64,000 nucleotides of DNA from the NCBI GenBank assembly GCA_013239625.1, contig MU053860.1:1-64000 (forward strand), written 5' to 3'. This DNA is from Lama guanicoe (lineage: Eukaryota). The notes beneath the pieces are model-generated. The model worked only from the letters and a program-made list of their open reading frames with translations, was not told where the DNA came from and searched no databases. Made by a program: the position numbers and the translations under genes. Shown here in pieces: positions 13,331-25,625 of this stretch; within the stretch, counting starts at the first letter, position 1; each line of letters starts with the position of its first letter.

Positions 13331-16300
13331 GGCAGTTTCCAAGAAGACGGGATCTGTCCCATAGGGCAGGGGTGCCAAATGCCGGGTTGGGTGCAGTCTT
13401 AAAGGAGAGCCACGGTGAGAGGGAGCAGAACAGCCCCTGTGTTGGTGGGGCTAGGAATTTGGGGTATGGGGTGGGGATGGTGTGTGCCATGCTCCCCAAG
13501 AACTCTCATCCCCAAGCAGGGGACCCTGCTCCCTCCACCCTTCACTGCATCCCCTGCCTTCCCCAGCACCACCGCCCCTGCCCCTGGAGTGTCCCATGAC
13601 CTCTCCCCACACCAGGCACTGTCCCTGTTACAGGTACTGAGCTCCTGGTGGTTCCAGCCCGAGGGTAGGGGCTGTATCTGACCAGTTAGGATGCCTGGAG
13701 CCTTTGTATGAAACCTCAGACCATAATGCAGCTGTGCACAGAGGCCCCTCAAACAGGATTCCCTGCATGGCCCTCCCCACCACGCACCCACAGTGCAGCT
13801 GCCACACCAAGCCAAGCCTGCCAGAGGACAGCTGGTTCCTCTCCTCCTGTCCCTGGTCAAGAGTGCACCGCCCACACTGCTGGGTATTTAGGGGGCCTTA
13901 GAAGAGCAGCTGGTATTTTCATGGGCAAATATTTGCTCTTTTGGGAAGATTTGGGTGCAAAGACATGTAGGGTATGCTTTTTCTGTTGCCCTGGAACTGG
14001 TGACTAGAATACAAACTTAAGTCAAAGTAGTTTTTAGAGAGATCTGCAAAATATCTAACCCAAAGATAACTGTTCCCCAACAAAGGCAACACCACCTGGC
14101 TGGTGGGGGGCCTGGACCCTCTTTCTGAAGGTTGGGGTTTGCACCTTCCAGCTGTGACAGCCTGAAACAGCTCTGAACATGCTCCAACAGGCTTTGCCAG
14201 CACAAACTGCCTTTATTTTGAATCTGGGTGAAGGAACCAGCTGAGAAATCTGGGTAAATCTTCCTGAGTGTAACCATGCCCATTATGCTGAATGAAAGAA
14301 CGGCTCTCCACATGCTAACATCTTAGAATTGAATGTGTGTCGAAGCCTTCATGCATGTAGCATGTTGGGAACAGTGTTTCATGGTGAGGGGAACTATATA
14401 ACTTACATGTGTATGGGGAAGCACTCGCTCGAACTGGGTATTCCAGTGCATAATGCCTTTATTTTGAAACTGGCTTCTCAGAAGACCTGTGGTCTCCACT
14501 GCAGGTCTGTCTCCAAGCCCAGGGCCAGCATGGTGACTCTGCTCCCCCTGTCTATTCTGGGAGGTCTAGGTGTACTCCATGGCCCTTCCGCCATTGTTTC
14601 TTTTGGAAACACCCTGCAGATGAAATGGACCTGAGAACAAGAGAGCTGGATGCCAGCAGCCACTGCCCAGTGTGTGGTTCCTGGGAGGGGCATCTCCTCT
14701 CCGTGGACTCTGATCTCCCTTCCCCCCACCCCCACCCCTCTCCTCCTGCATTTCCTGATTGATTCCGGGATAATGGTCAATACCAGGAATGACCTGGGAG
14801 AGGTTTTATGAGTCTTTAAGGGAAAAAAAAGAAATCTTTAGACAAATTACTGAAAGTAACTTCCAGCTTTCCCGGGAAAGTCTTTAATCCAGTGTTTAAG
14901 GCTAGTTGACAGGGTGTCAAATTGCCTAACCACTCACATCTGAGCAAGTGCTACTTCTCTCTCCAGTTCTCCAAAGCATCCACGTGTGGCAACTTGGCCA
15001 CAATAGGGCAAGAAAGCTCTTTCCCCAAGTCAGCGCCAGGGTGGCTTTGGAGGCAGTGGAGGCTGAGAGAAAGGGCCCCACCCTGAGGTTTGGGGGTCCG
15101 CCAGCCACAGCCAGAGGAGCGGGGGTTATCAGAGTGGCCCAGCAGGGAAACCAGGCAAGGCCGCCTGGCCCAAGTCTTCCCTCCCCAGAAAGCCCCATGA
15201 ACTGCTCTGGGCCCCACTCCCCAATTGGGCCCCCCTGCAAAAAGGTACCACAGGATCCACACCTGAGAAGGCAGAAGGACTGCCCTTTGGCCTGGGGTCA
15301 AAGCAGGTTTGTCCTGAGAGACCTGTGGCCACATATCTTCCTTGTCTCTCCAGGACACTGAAGGGTCTGTGCTGGGCACCTTGGTGATCAGGGACATGGG
15401 AATAACTCTAAACTCTGAAGAAGGACAGAGAGACTCTTCTGGAAGCAAGGATTCCAGGGAGACGCCTTGCCCAGAACTGGGGGACTGTGTCCTGAGTAGA
15501 CCCCTGGGAGGCAATGTGGGGCTGTGGGGTCCTCTTCAGAGAAGGGAGTGGGTGTGCTTTCTGGGGGTGGGGCCCTGCTTTGTCCAGGCATGTCCTTGTG
15601 TAAGACTCATTTACAAACACCTCCCAGTCCACCTAGAGGTGGCCCCAGGGGTGGGAGTAGAGGAGGAGAGTGAAAGGTGCAGACTTAGGGCCCCCTGACC
15701 CACACAGGGAGCCAGGGGTCAGTGGGAACATCTTGGGAGTCTAGTGCAGGGGTGGAGGAAGAGCACTAAGAACATACCAAATCATGCAATAAAGTGACCT
15801 GTGACCATGAGACACAGGTGGCTGTACACCAAAGGAGGGAGATAGAAATTTAGACCCAGTTTCTGAGAAACTTGAGAGGGGCTGGAGTGTCCCAGGAGCC
15901 CTCAGGGACAGCTCTTCTAGGGGCACAGATATCCCAATACACACATTTCTCATGGATGCTTTTTGGGGTGCAGAGTGAGTTACCAGGATCCTGAACTTAG
16001 TATGGAATCCCACCCCCTTTTTCATCACGCTTCCTGGCAATAAATTGCTGTCATTTGTCCCTGGACATGCACAGGGGAGCTGACTGCTGTGGGGGTCACT
16101 GCAGGACTAGAATCTTCTGCTGTGGGCTCTGTGACCACAGAAACCCAGGGGGATTTCTCAACGGGAGGACCTGGAGACCATGGCTGCAAGGACCACCCTC
16201 ATGGGATGGCCAAGAAGCCTGTGGTACCCAGGTCACCAAGTGACAAATTTGTGAGGTTTCCTGGGGTATCCTGGGGCATGTAGATTTCTGTGGTCAGCAC

Positions 16301-18699
16301 GTGGGCCCAGCACTGTGAGATGGTCTGCACAAAGAGGGGCCTGCCCTCCTGATGATGGCTCCTAACACCTGCAGGGAAACTGCTCCCAGGGCTCCTGGAG
16401 GTCCATATTGAGAGTGTCCTGCCAGCCATGTGGGGTCACCTTCCACTGATGCAGAGGCAGACCTCTCCCCCTTGAGGCCCAGGGGACACCTGGCTCAGGT
16501 CCCACCTGCATGCCCTGGACACGCAGAGCCCCACAGTTCTGGCACAGCCTTGGGTGTGGTCGTGTTGGGGCAGGAAAGGTGCATGGAAGGGGCTCATACA
16601 GGGGCAGAGACCACTCTGCAGGGATGCTGGACCTGGCAGTGATGCACTGCTTCAGAACTCCCCTGGGCTGGGTTTCCAAGCTGTGGGATGGAAGGGCCTC
16701 TCCTTCCTGCGGTGCAGTGGGGGGGACTAGATCCATAGTCAATGTCAGCCCTGAAAATGGAGGCTGCACTACATCCATTCCTGGAAAGAAAAATCAGGCC
16801 CCTCCAGTCCAGGTGACTCAGAAAGTCATTCAGCTATGTTCAGGGTCCCCAGTTTAGGCTTGCAATTAGAACTGAGTGGCTCAGGAGGCCAGCTCCCTGT
16901 CCGTGGCTCCAGGAGTAGGCTTTCTGCTGGAGGACAGGATCCCCACAAACACCTGTGTCTTTGTGGGACACTCCCCTCTGACCAACTGGGAGGCAGGGTG
17001 CAGTTGTGGGAAATCATGTTTCCATGAGCAGAGGACCACCTAGTGGTAGGGGCACAGGAGACTGTGAGAAAGAGTCCCGCAGGCTTTCTGGACTCAAAAA
17101 CCTGGCAAAGGTGAAAAAGTGCATAATTTGTTTTATTGAACAGGCCGCTTATGTACGTTTGGAGGGCCGGGTTCAAGGACTCTGCATCCCTCCAGGACAA
17201 TAGCCTCAAGAGAAGAACAGACAGAGCAGGAGGAGATCTGGGGTTTCTCCCAGGAATGAGGCAGAACAGGGATTTCTGCAGATTTGCAAGGACTCCCCAG
17301 TCACTGAGCTCGGGGTTACAACCCCTCGTGACCCCTGTCGTGTTTGGCTTGGGCTCTGGGTCTGGCCTGATCACGTATTCTTCCAGCTGAGTTCCAGAAA
17401 CTCAGAGGGTGGACTTATAGGGGCTGCGTTTGAAACCTAGTGAGGAGGTGGAGGACCCTTTATATTGAGTCCCTTCAGCCTAATCACCATAACTGAAGCC
17501 CAACACCCCCAGGACCCCAGGGTGGCCGTGGAGGGAGAGCAAGCCTGGCAGGCGACCTAGGGGCCCCAATGTTGTGTCCCTCCCTTGTCTTCTTTCCCTT
17601 TCACCCCAGAAGGTGTGATTGTCTCGTGTCATAGTGGCCACCACAGTGTCCCTCCCAGCAATCTCTCTTCTCCATCAGGTGGGGTTCCCACCCCCGCTCA
17701 GCCTTCTCTCTGCATGGATGCTGAAGGTGCAGGACCACCTGAAATTCTGAGCTTGAGCAGTAAGGTGGAAACAAAGAAACCAATTAAAACAAAGAAGCAA
17801 GTGATTGTGGCAAAGCTCCCCACCACAGAGAAGCTGCCCTGAGTGGAAGGGAGGGTGTGGGCATGCCCATTTGTTTCCTGTCTCCCAGTGCTTTTAGCTT
17901 TCTTATTGCAGACCTGCATGGTTACAACAAAATGATCTGCAAAACTGAAAATATTTACTTTCTCGCTTTTACAGAAAAGGCTGGCCAGCCTCTGGTCCCG
18001 GTACCAGGCAAGTGATTGGAGTTCCTTTCCAGTTTGGAAACATCTGGGCAGACCCAGGTTTGCAAAAGTCTTTAAGAGTAGTTATGGAGTTTTGTTTCTA
18101 AAATGTTTTATGGCTTTATATACTTCTGAGATGCAGTTGTGCTGTGTGATTCTGAGCCGGGATTTTCTCAAACTGTTTCTCACTTCTTATACCAGACATT
18201 CCTAAATTTCAAGAGGAACTGCATATTAAGGAAGCCATGGAATTTAGGAAGAGGATACAGATCTCATTTCCTTTTAAGCATCGATGTACCTCCATCATGG
18301 CAGTATTGGTTATGTGTTACTGATAGGGGAACTAAATAGTAACCAGATTAATAGAAAATAGGGGAATTTAGGTACACAGGTTCATCTTTTCAACATTTTT
18401 TTGTAATGTTTGCAGTTTAAGATCACCATTCCTGAGAAACAGGCAGCTTCTTAGATTGAAATAACATTTCCTCTGAATGATACTTAATTTTTATTTCATA
18501 GACAGCAGGAAGGGTAATCACACATCACACATTTGGGGGTGTCAAAGAGTAAATGTAACTTTCTGGGAGCGAACTCCTCTGTCTCCCCCTGCTCTTTTCA
18601 CTGTCCCATTCTCCCTGGATGGCTCTTTCTTATCTTCTGCTCATTGCTCCAGTAATTGTTTCTTCCCCCTCGTCCCTCAGCTGGTAAGGTTACTTTTCT

Positions 18700-21040
18700 A
18701 CTTTGAACAAGCAAACAAGACAACAGAAGAGAAATTTCACAAGCATCTCCCAGTACATCTGCTCGCTTTCTGATGTCTGTGATCTCACTCTCAGTGTCCC
18801 ACCTCTTATTACAAGTGACATCAAAAGCCAGTTCCTCCAAAAGTCCCCGGGGCACCATCCCTCCCATCTTCTCTGGGTTGTCATTCCCAGAACCATCCTC
18901 TCTTTCACTACCTCATCTATTTTGTTCTCCTGCTAGTTGGCTCCCATCAGTATATAAACGTCCATCCTCTGAAAAGAAACAAACAGCACTCCTTGACCCT
19001 AATTCACCCCCACCAATTGCCACCCTGTGTCTTTACAGCAAATCTTTAAGGAGTTGTTTAAATTCACTGTCTGCACCTTCTCTTGAGCCATCCCCTTTTA
19101 CACACACTCTGGCTTTTCCCCTGATCCCTTGCTCTATGGAAACTGCCCTGTCAAGGCCATCAGTGACCCCACTTTCCTAAATATAGTGGTCAATTTTCAG
19201 TCCTCATCATGCGTGGCCCCTCGGCAGCATTTGACCTAGCTCTTCCATCCCTCTACCCCCGTGTTCCTGCTTCACTCAACCTTCAGCCCATCGCTCTGTC
19301 TGCTTTTTGATTTTGGTCTACTGGCTGATCCTTTGCCAATGTCTCCTCTTTTTTCCAAACATATACTGTGGGTGTGCCCCAGGGTTGGTTCCTCTCCTCT
19401 CTCTCTCTGCTATTCCTTTGGTGGAAGCAACCCAGCCTTGGAAATTGGCATGCCATCAATTTCTCGATTTCTCCAAAACTCCCTGATTTGCCCTTTCCAT
19501 CTGGACCTTTATCCCTGAGACTCACATTCTTTTTCTTTCATTCATCTTGCTTTCACATTCATACATATGTTCTACTATGTAATTACTATTCCAAATTTTG
19601 AATCAGTACATATATATCATGTAAAATGCTCAAATCTGTATTATTTTCACTAAGATGCTTATTCTACCTTAGAACATGTCTGCATTTCTGTATTTATGTG
19701 AATAAAACGAATAGTATTTCTACAAGCCTCATAGTTAAACAGTGTGTTTGTTTGGGGCTATTATGTAACATGAAATAATGATACATCAACATAGTCCTTT
19801 TTCATTTATTTTTATGTAACATCGAGATGAGGTTTTTGCACTGAAGACTGGTTTTATTGAAATTTTACCTATGTTACAAACAGTCAGTTTGTAACATAAT
19901 AAAGCCCTCATTTCTCCCCTTTTCTGATATATTTTCCATTTGGCTATATAAAACATATACCTTGGAATGAAATAAAATTCCCAAATCATTCACATAATAC
20001 AATTAATACATTTAAATTATATTTTTATATGTTAAAAAGAAAAAGAAAACAGACTCCTCTACGTATTAGGCATTTCTGTGGCAATATGTAATACACCCCT
20101 TAAACATGACATTGAAGAACTGAGCTGATACCAGCCCCTTTCCACCTGCTCAGCCCCACCATGTCCCATACCCTGTGGATGGAGAGGACAGCCCTACCAT
20201 TGTCCAGGTCCAGATGTTGAAACCATGTCCTTTCTCTCTCTTTCTCTTACACACACAGACAGCAAATCCAGCTTGTTAGAAAATTCTGAATACTCTGTCT
20301 TCATTAACCACCTGCTCCCCGCCCTCCTAAGAGCCACCTTCAGCCCTTCCTGGACACCAATAGCCTCTTGTTTCCATCTTGGCTTTCCTACAATCTTTCA
20401 TCCACACAGAGTCAGAGGGAGCCTGTAAAAGCATACATTGAAGGGGTGGGTGTAACTCAGTGGTAGGGTGCATGCTTAGCATGCATGAGATCCTGGGTTC
20501 AATCCCCAGCACCTTCATTAAAATAAATAAATTACCTCTCCCAAAAAAACACAAACACAAAAGCATAAGTTGGACTACATCACTCCTCCCCTCAAAACTC
20601 ACTAAACGGGTCACAATTTCATTAGGAGCCAAAGTCGTCCCAAAGGCCTCAGGACCCGGCGTGCTCTGCCTCTCCGCCCACACTCTCCCCCTCACTCTGG
20701 GGGCCTCTGGCTCCGGCTCTTCCTTCTTCCTCCGGATCTATTCTGCTTCAAGTTCATTACTCCGTGAGATCTGCCAGGATTGCCTTATTCCCTCCTGCCT
20801 GCCTCCCACCCCACCGCCATCACCCGAGTTTGCTCATATCACTCTTTTTTTTTAATTTTTCCAAGCTCTTGCTACCCCCAACATGCTGCCTGTTTCCTCT
20901 GCTAAAACTCTGAGCCCCCAGTGATGAGGAGTCATGTCTATTTTGTTGACTGATAAAGCCCGAGAGCCTTGGGAACGAGTCTATTTAGGAGATTCTCATA
21001 CATAGTAGGAGCTTATACAGATTTGCTGAATGAATGTAGA
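18700..21040 (+). mobile_element. Fragmented L2 LINE, interrupted by an AT-rich block at ~19530-20100 and by a SINE
   Basis: CT-rich L2 motifs (GGAAACTGCCCTGTCAAGG, CAATTTTCAGTCCTCATC, GGCAGCATTTGAC) and an L2 3' end ATTTGCTGAATGAATG at ~21020. Confidence 0.7.
20442..20560 (+). mobile_element. tRNA-derived camelid SINE (Vic-1-like)
   Basis: GGGGTGGGTGTAACTCAGTGGTAGGGTGCATGCTTAGCATGCATGAGATCCTGGGTTCAATCCCCAGCACC (Pol III A and B boxes), an A-rich tail, and TSD-like AAAAGCATA on both sides. Confidence 0.85.
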
Positions 21041-24000
21041 TGCCCTGGTCCAATCCGATGGAACACTTCTGTGTCCTGCTCAAAGAATAACTCTCCTTTC
21101 CACCTGAGAGGGGGTGACAACTTCCCTGCTGATTAAAGGCAAGAACTTTTTGCTTTATGCTGTTAACCTTAGGCAGGGAGACTGGGGGCTCTTCATATAT
21201 ATTTTTAAATTTGGTTCACTCTGCAGTTGGTCTTTGGTCTCTGTATAATTTTGAGAAACTCTTTATGAGTGATCATTCTTTCATCAGATTGAACAGGGTC
21301 CAGGGGGAAGGACCAAGCCTGTCCCATTGGCCATTCTTTGTGTCATGCCCTGGGACCCAGTGGATGCTCAGCATGTAAGTGAACAGACAGGAGTGAGCGA
21401 AGAGATGGGAGCATCTCCTTATTGTGGTGGCTGCTCTCTGTCCAATGCCTTGAGATTTGGGGAAGGGTTTACAAGTGCGGAGGGGAGAGGTCAGGTCCTC
21501 TGTGCTCTTCCCAAGTGCCCTGGCCTTACCCAATCCCCAAGCCCCCTCTGGGTAGCCAAGCCCAGGAGCTGGGCCACCGGGGGTTTTGCTGATCAATAAT
21601 CCACCTTCTTCACCCCAAGTCCGGGGGTTAGGTACAACTGGTTGTAGACTCTGGAGTCAGGGCCTTGGAGAAATTCCTCACTGAACTATGTTTTGGACCT
21701 TTTATTTTTCTCTATAACCTCCAGCTGAAGAAGATTGTCTTAGACACATAAAAGGTGAGGACACCTACTATTCCCATGGAGCCCAGGTGGGGCTGGGAGT
21801 TTGCTGTTTGTACAGCCGGTGGGCTTGTGTTGCTTTGGCATCCCTGTGCCTGAATTCCTGTAGTACACTAGTTGGTAAGGATGGGGGTGCCTGGCAGGGA
21901 GGGAAGTGGTCCGGGAGACTGCACAGCTGGGGAGATGTTAACCTGGGGTGAGCAGGAGCCTGCTGATGCATGGCATCTCGGTGCAGGGAACTCTCCACAC
22001 TCAGAGAGGTTCCCACTCCCACAGGGGCCATTTGATCAGGGTGCTGGGCTGTCAGGGGACCACAGGGGTCCCAGTGAGGATTAGGGTGCCTTCAGGCAAT
22101 GGGAAGTGTGGGGTCCAGTGGCAATTGAATTAACTGTGCACCCAAACCCAGCCTCCACCTCTTTCAGCCTGTTTCCTAATCTGCAAAACTGGAATGATAT
22201 TAACCATCCTGCGGGGTTGTTGATGGGCTGGGACAGACTAGACAGTCAGGAGCTGGAATTCCTCTGTCCCCTGATTGTTTTCCTTCTTTCTGACTATTTG
22301 CTCTCACAAGCTCAGTCTCTCTGTCTCTCTCTCTTTCACTTCTAACTTTCTCTCATGCTCTGGTTTCATTTGATTTCCAACTACTGCCCCTCCCCCTCGC
22401 CAATCCCCAGATGAGTGAACTTGATTTCCGTGTATCAGTTCCAAATTCCCAGGAAAGATGCTCTGTCTCCCTCTGGATCTGTTGTCCAACCCACCAGTTG
22501 TGGCCAGAGGAGTGAGTCCTTCTGGGACCAGCGGAGGGTCTCTGCCCAGCCCACCATGCCACCAAGTGGGAGCACATAGCTCTCTGAGGAGGAGGTACTG
22601 GCTGTGACCTTGTGTCAGTCAGTATGAATTTATGTCTCCTCTTGCCCCACCTTCATCCTCCTAAACAAAGATGAAAATTAAACTCTCCCGGGATTTGTGT
22701 CATGTAACACTCAGGGTGGGGGCTAAGGGGGCTGGAATCTCTGCTGCATTTAAGGGGCTACGGTGAACCCCCAAAAAGTGTCTGCAAAGGGAACACCACC
22801 GGCCCCACCCGGCACTTAGGGTGCTGAGTCTGCGTGATGTTGAGCCAGGCTTCTGACCACAGCTCAGGGGTCTGTTCTGACCAGTTAGCCTTTGAAACCA
22901 ACCAGCTTTGGATTCCTCAATCCCTCCCTGAGGTTTTACCTGAACCACCAGCTTCTGTATCTCTGAAGACAGATGATGAGGACCCTTCACGTAAGCCATT
23001 GGCACAGCCCTGTGCAGGCCTTTGTGCTGCACGGTCTGCCTGGCAAGCTGACTGAGGTTGGTATCTTACTGATGTTAGAAATAGTCTGGTTTCCCGATGC
23101 ACTGTTTCACTGAACAAGCAACAGAAGCCACTTCTCCCTGATAAAAGCAAAAAAGGGACTTAATGAAAAGATACTAGGAGGGTGTGTGGAGTGGCCAGGA
23201 CCGGAGCCAACCCAGGAGCTGTAGGTGTTAGGGAGCCCCAGGCACCAGGCCGGGCGGGGTGCTACTGGGTGCCCTGCCACCCCAGGAGGGACACCCCTCC
23301 ACCCGACCCTCCACCTCATTCACTGCAGGTTCATGTCCTGGCAGGGCCAGGTCACACTGAAGCCACCAGCACACACCTCAATGGGGGAGTTGACTCCGTT
23401 TCAGCTGAGGTCGTGCCTGGTTTGGGGAGATGCCCAGTTAGAAGAAGGTGGCTCTCCTACTGTTCCGAGTTAAGGTGAAAGTCAGTGCCCATCACTCAGG
23501 AGAGCCAGACTAGATGGACCTCATTGTGGTGACTAGGCCGTCTGAGTTCACTTATTACTTTCTATGTTTGAAGGCCCTGGAGGGAGAAAAAGTGAAGGTT
23601 CTAGTACTTATTTTGTGTTTCCCATGTACCACGTGCAGTAAGCAAGCCACTTCAGACAAGGCCCAGAACAACTACGTTAATAGGCCATGGAGCAAGTCAT
23701 GCAGTCAGGCCTCTGTGGTCCCGAAACCCGTGTCCCCATCAGCTCCGTAGTTACCAGTGGAAACTGAGGGGATTTATGGGACTGTGTGCTCCTGTTGGGG
23801 CTGGGATGTGTGTGTTTAAATCCACATCTTCAACAACTCCGCTAGAACCACAGCCACTGATTGCACGGAGGCAGAGGAGGGGAGGCTTCCAGCCTCTGGT
23901 CCAGCTCATGTGGAGCTCATAAGTTGCTCCTTCTGTCCTGAAAAGAACACCAGTGCTGAGGGAGCTGCAAACCTACTGCTCTTTTTAGATCCCAGAAAAC

Positions 24001-25439
24001 TGAGGGGCAAAGTTGGTCCCAACCCAGAGAGGCAGCCGGGCAGGCATGGAGAGTCACAGCTCCCAGGGCAGAACCCGCTTTTGTAAGAACCCTGGGGGCA
24101 GGCAGATTTTACAGGTCCCTGAGGCCAGCAGGAGGCTCAGCGTGGGGAAGTCTGAGTGTGACAACTCCAGGGGGCCGGTCAGAGGGGCCCCCTGCTCTTT
24201 TTCATGCATTTTACCTCCAGGACCATGTCCTGTTCTCAGAATGAAGGTCAGAGAAAAACTCCACATGCTTCCTGCCTGGTAAGGAGAAAATAACTCTATT
24301 GAAATACACCCAGAACATTCTGTTTCATTGGGGGAAGTTGTTTTTGGTTTGTTTGTTTTTTTAGTGAGAAATTATTTTACCAGAGCCTAACCATCCTGGG
24401 GGAAGGGAAATCCCTCTGTCTCATCCAAATTGGGCTGGGGGAAAGAGACACAGTTGTGGAGGTCACAGGTCAGGGCATAGGCTCAATGAGAACTAATCAC
24501 AGAACTACAGATGTCCTGCTCTGTTCTACTCCCTCAACACCTTACCTCTATGACAGTAGGGCCTCTGTGTAATAACAGGAATAAAACTAAAAGAAGTAAA
24601 TGTCTCAGGAGTGTCTTGGGAAAACCCAAAGACAGCGGGGAGATGAAAACAAGGACACAAAGGCAGCTTTAGCCTCTCACACCAATAGCTGTAGCAAACT
24701 ACACACAGCCCAGCCCCAGTAGATAAACAGAAAACCTCACAGAAGAAACTATTTATTTTGGTTCTCTTACACAGTGCATTCCATGGTGCATCCTTGCCTA
24801 GAATTGAGTGGAAGCAAGTCCATCTCAGAAGGGGCATAACTGAAGAGGGATGGCTTTCCAGACTCTGACGGGCAGAGAGAGCAGCAGCCTGGGTGAGAGC
24901 ACGGTGAGGGGTGGGTTAGGGGGTGGGCTGCCTTCTTCCCCAAATAAGGAACCTTCCTGAGGCCAGCACAGTGGGAGGGAGGGCCGTGGGGGTGGAAGCA
25001 GCAAGATTTCTTCCTGAGAACTGATGGGATGCCTCCAAGGGACCATTCAGGTGCCCAAACTGGGCCTTGAGGGTGGGAGCCAGTCGGTCTGCCTCAGAGC
25101 CCAGGACTGAATTGGGCACACAGCAGGCAGGTCTTACTTGGCCAGATCCATTTCACTTCCCCAAGCCCTGTGTAAAACATGAAACCTGAATGGCCTGGTG
25201 AGCACAGCTCTGCCCTCAAGACCAGTTGCAATTTCTCTCTTCCCAGAAAACAGCATCTCTGAGCCCATCCTGGGTGACCTCACAGAGATCACCCTAGTGG
25301 CCCAGGCTAGTGACCGGGAACATGTACCTTCCTGTAGCCAACCCCAAACGTCCACTGATGCATCATATACTGGCAAAGATGTGAGTTCCTGTGCATTGGT
25401 CTAACAGCAGAGACTGTGCCACAGGCTGAAGAGTTGGTG

Positions 25440-25625
25440 TGTGGGACATGCAGGGGTGCAGGAGTGTACGCAGTGCAAAGGTGTAAGTGGTGGCAGGGGT
25501 GCAGGGGCTGTGGAGGGTGCAGGCATTTCAGGGGATGCAGGGGGTGCAGGTGTGCAGAGGTGCAGGGAGTGTAGGGGTGCAGGGAGGTGCTCAGGCACAT
25601 GGCCAGGATCAGAAGGCAAGTGCAC
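25440..25625. repeat. Degenerate GGTGCAGGG(G) minisatellite (CAGGG-rich)
   Basis: Repeated GGTGCAGG/GCAGGGG units of ~9-10 bp. Confidence 0.85.

Larger units (their letters stand above)
14967..25380 (+). other. Putative multi-exon gene or pseudogene of unknown identity. Exon-like segments: 14967-15244, 15354-15510, 17679-17759, 21725-21754, 22889-22990, 25247-25380
   Basis: Each segment has an AG acceptor, mostly after a pyrimidine tract, and a GT donor (GC at 15511). Phases run 1-0, 0-1, 1-1, 1-1, 1-1, 1-0 and join into one stop-free frame. No protein family recognised. Confidence 0.5.

Noticed and set aside
14967..17320. Faint resemblance of the unknown exons to TCP10-family peptides
   Set aside because: Only compositional similarity from memory, which is not enough to name the gene.
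20442..20515. tRNA-like sequence
   Set aside because: It has an A-rich tail, TSD-like flanks and diverged copies elsewhere in the window, so it is a SINE and not a tRNA gene.
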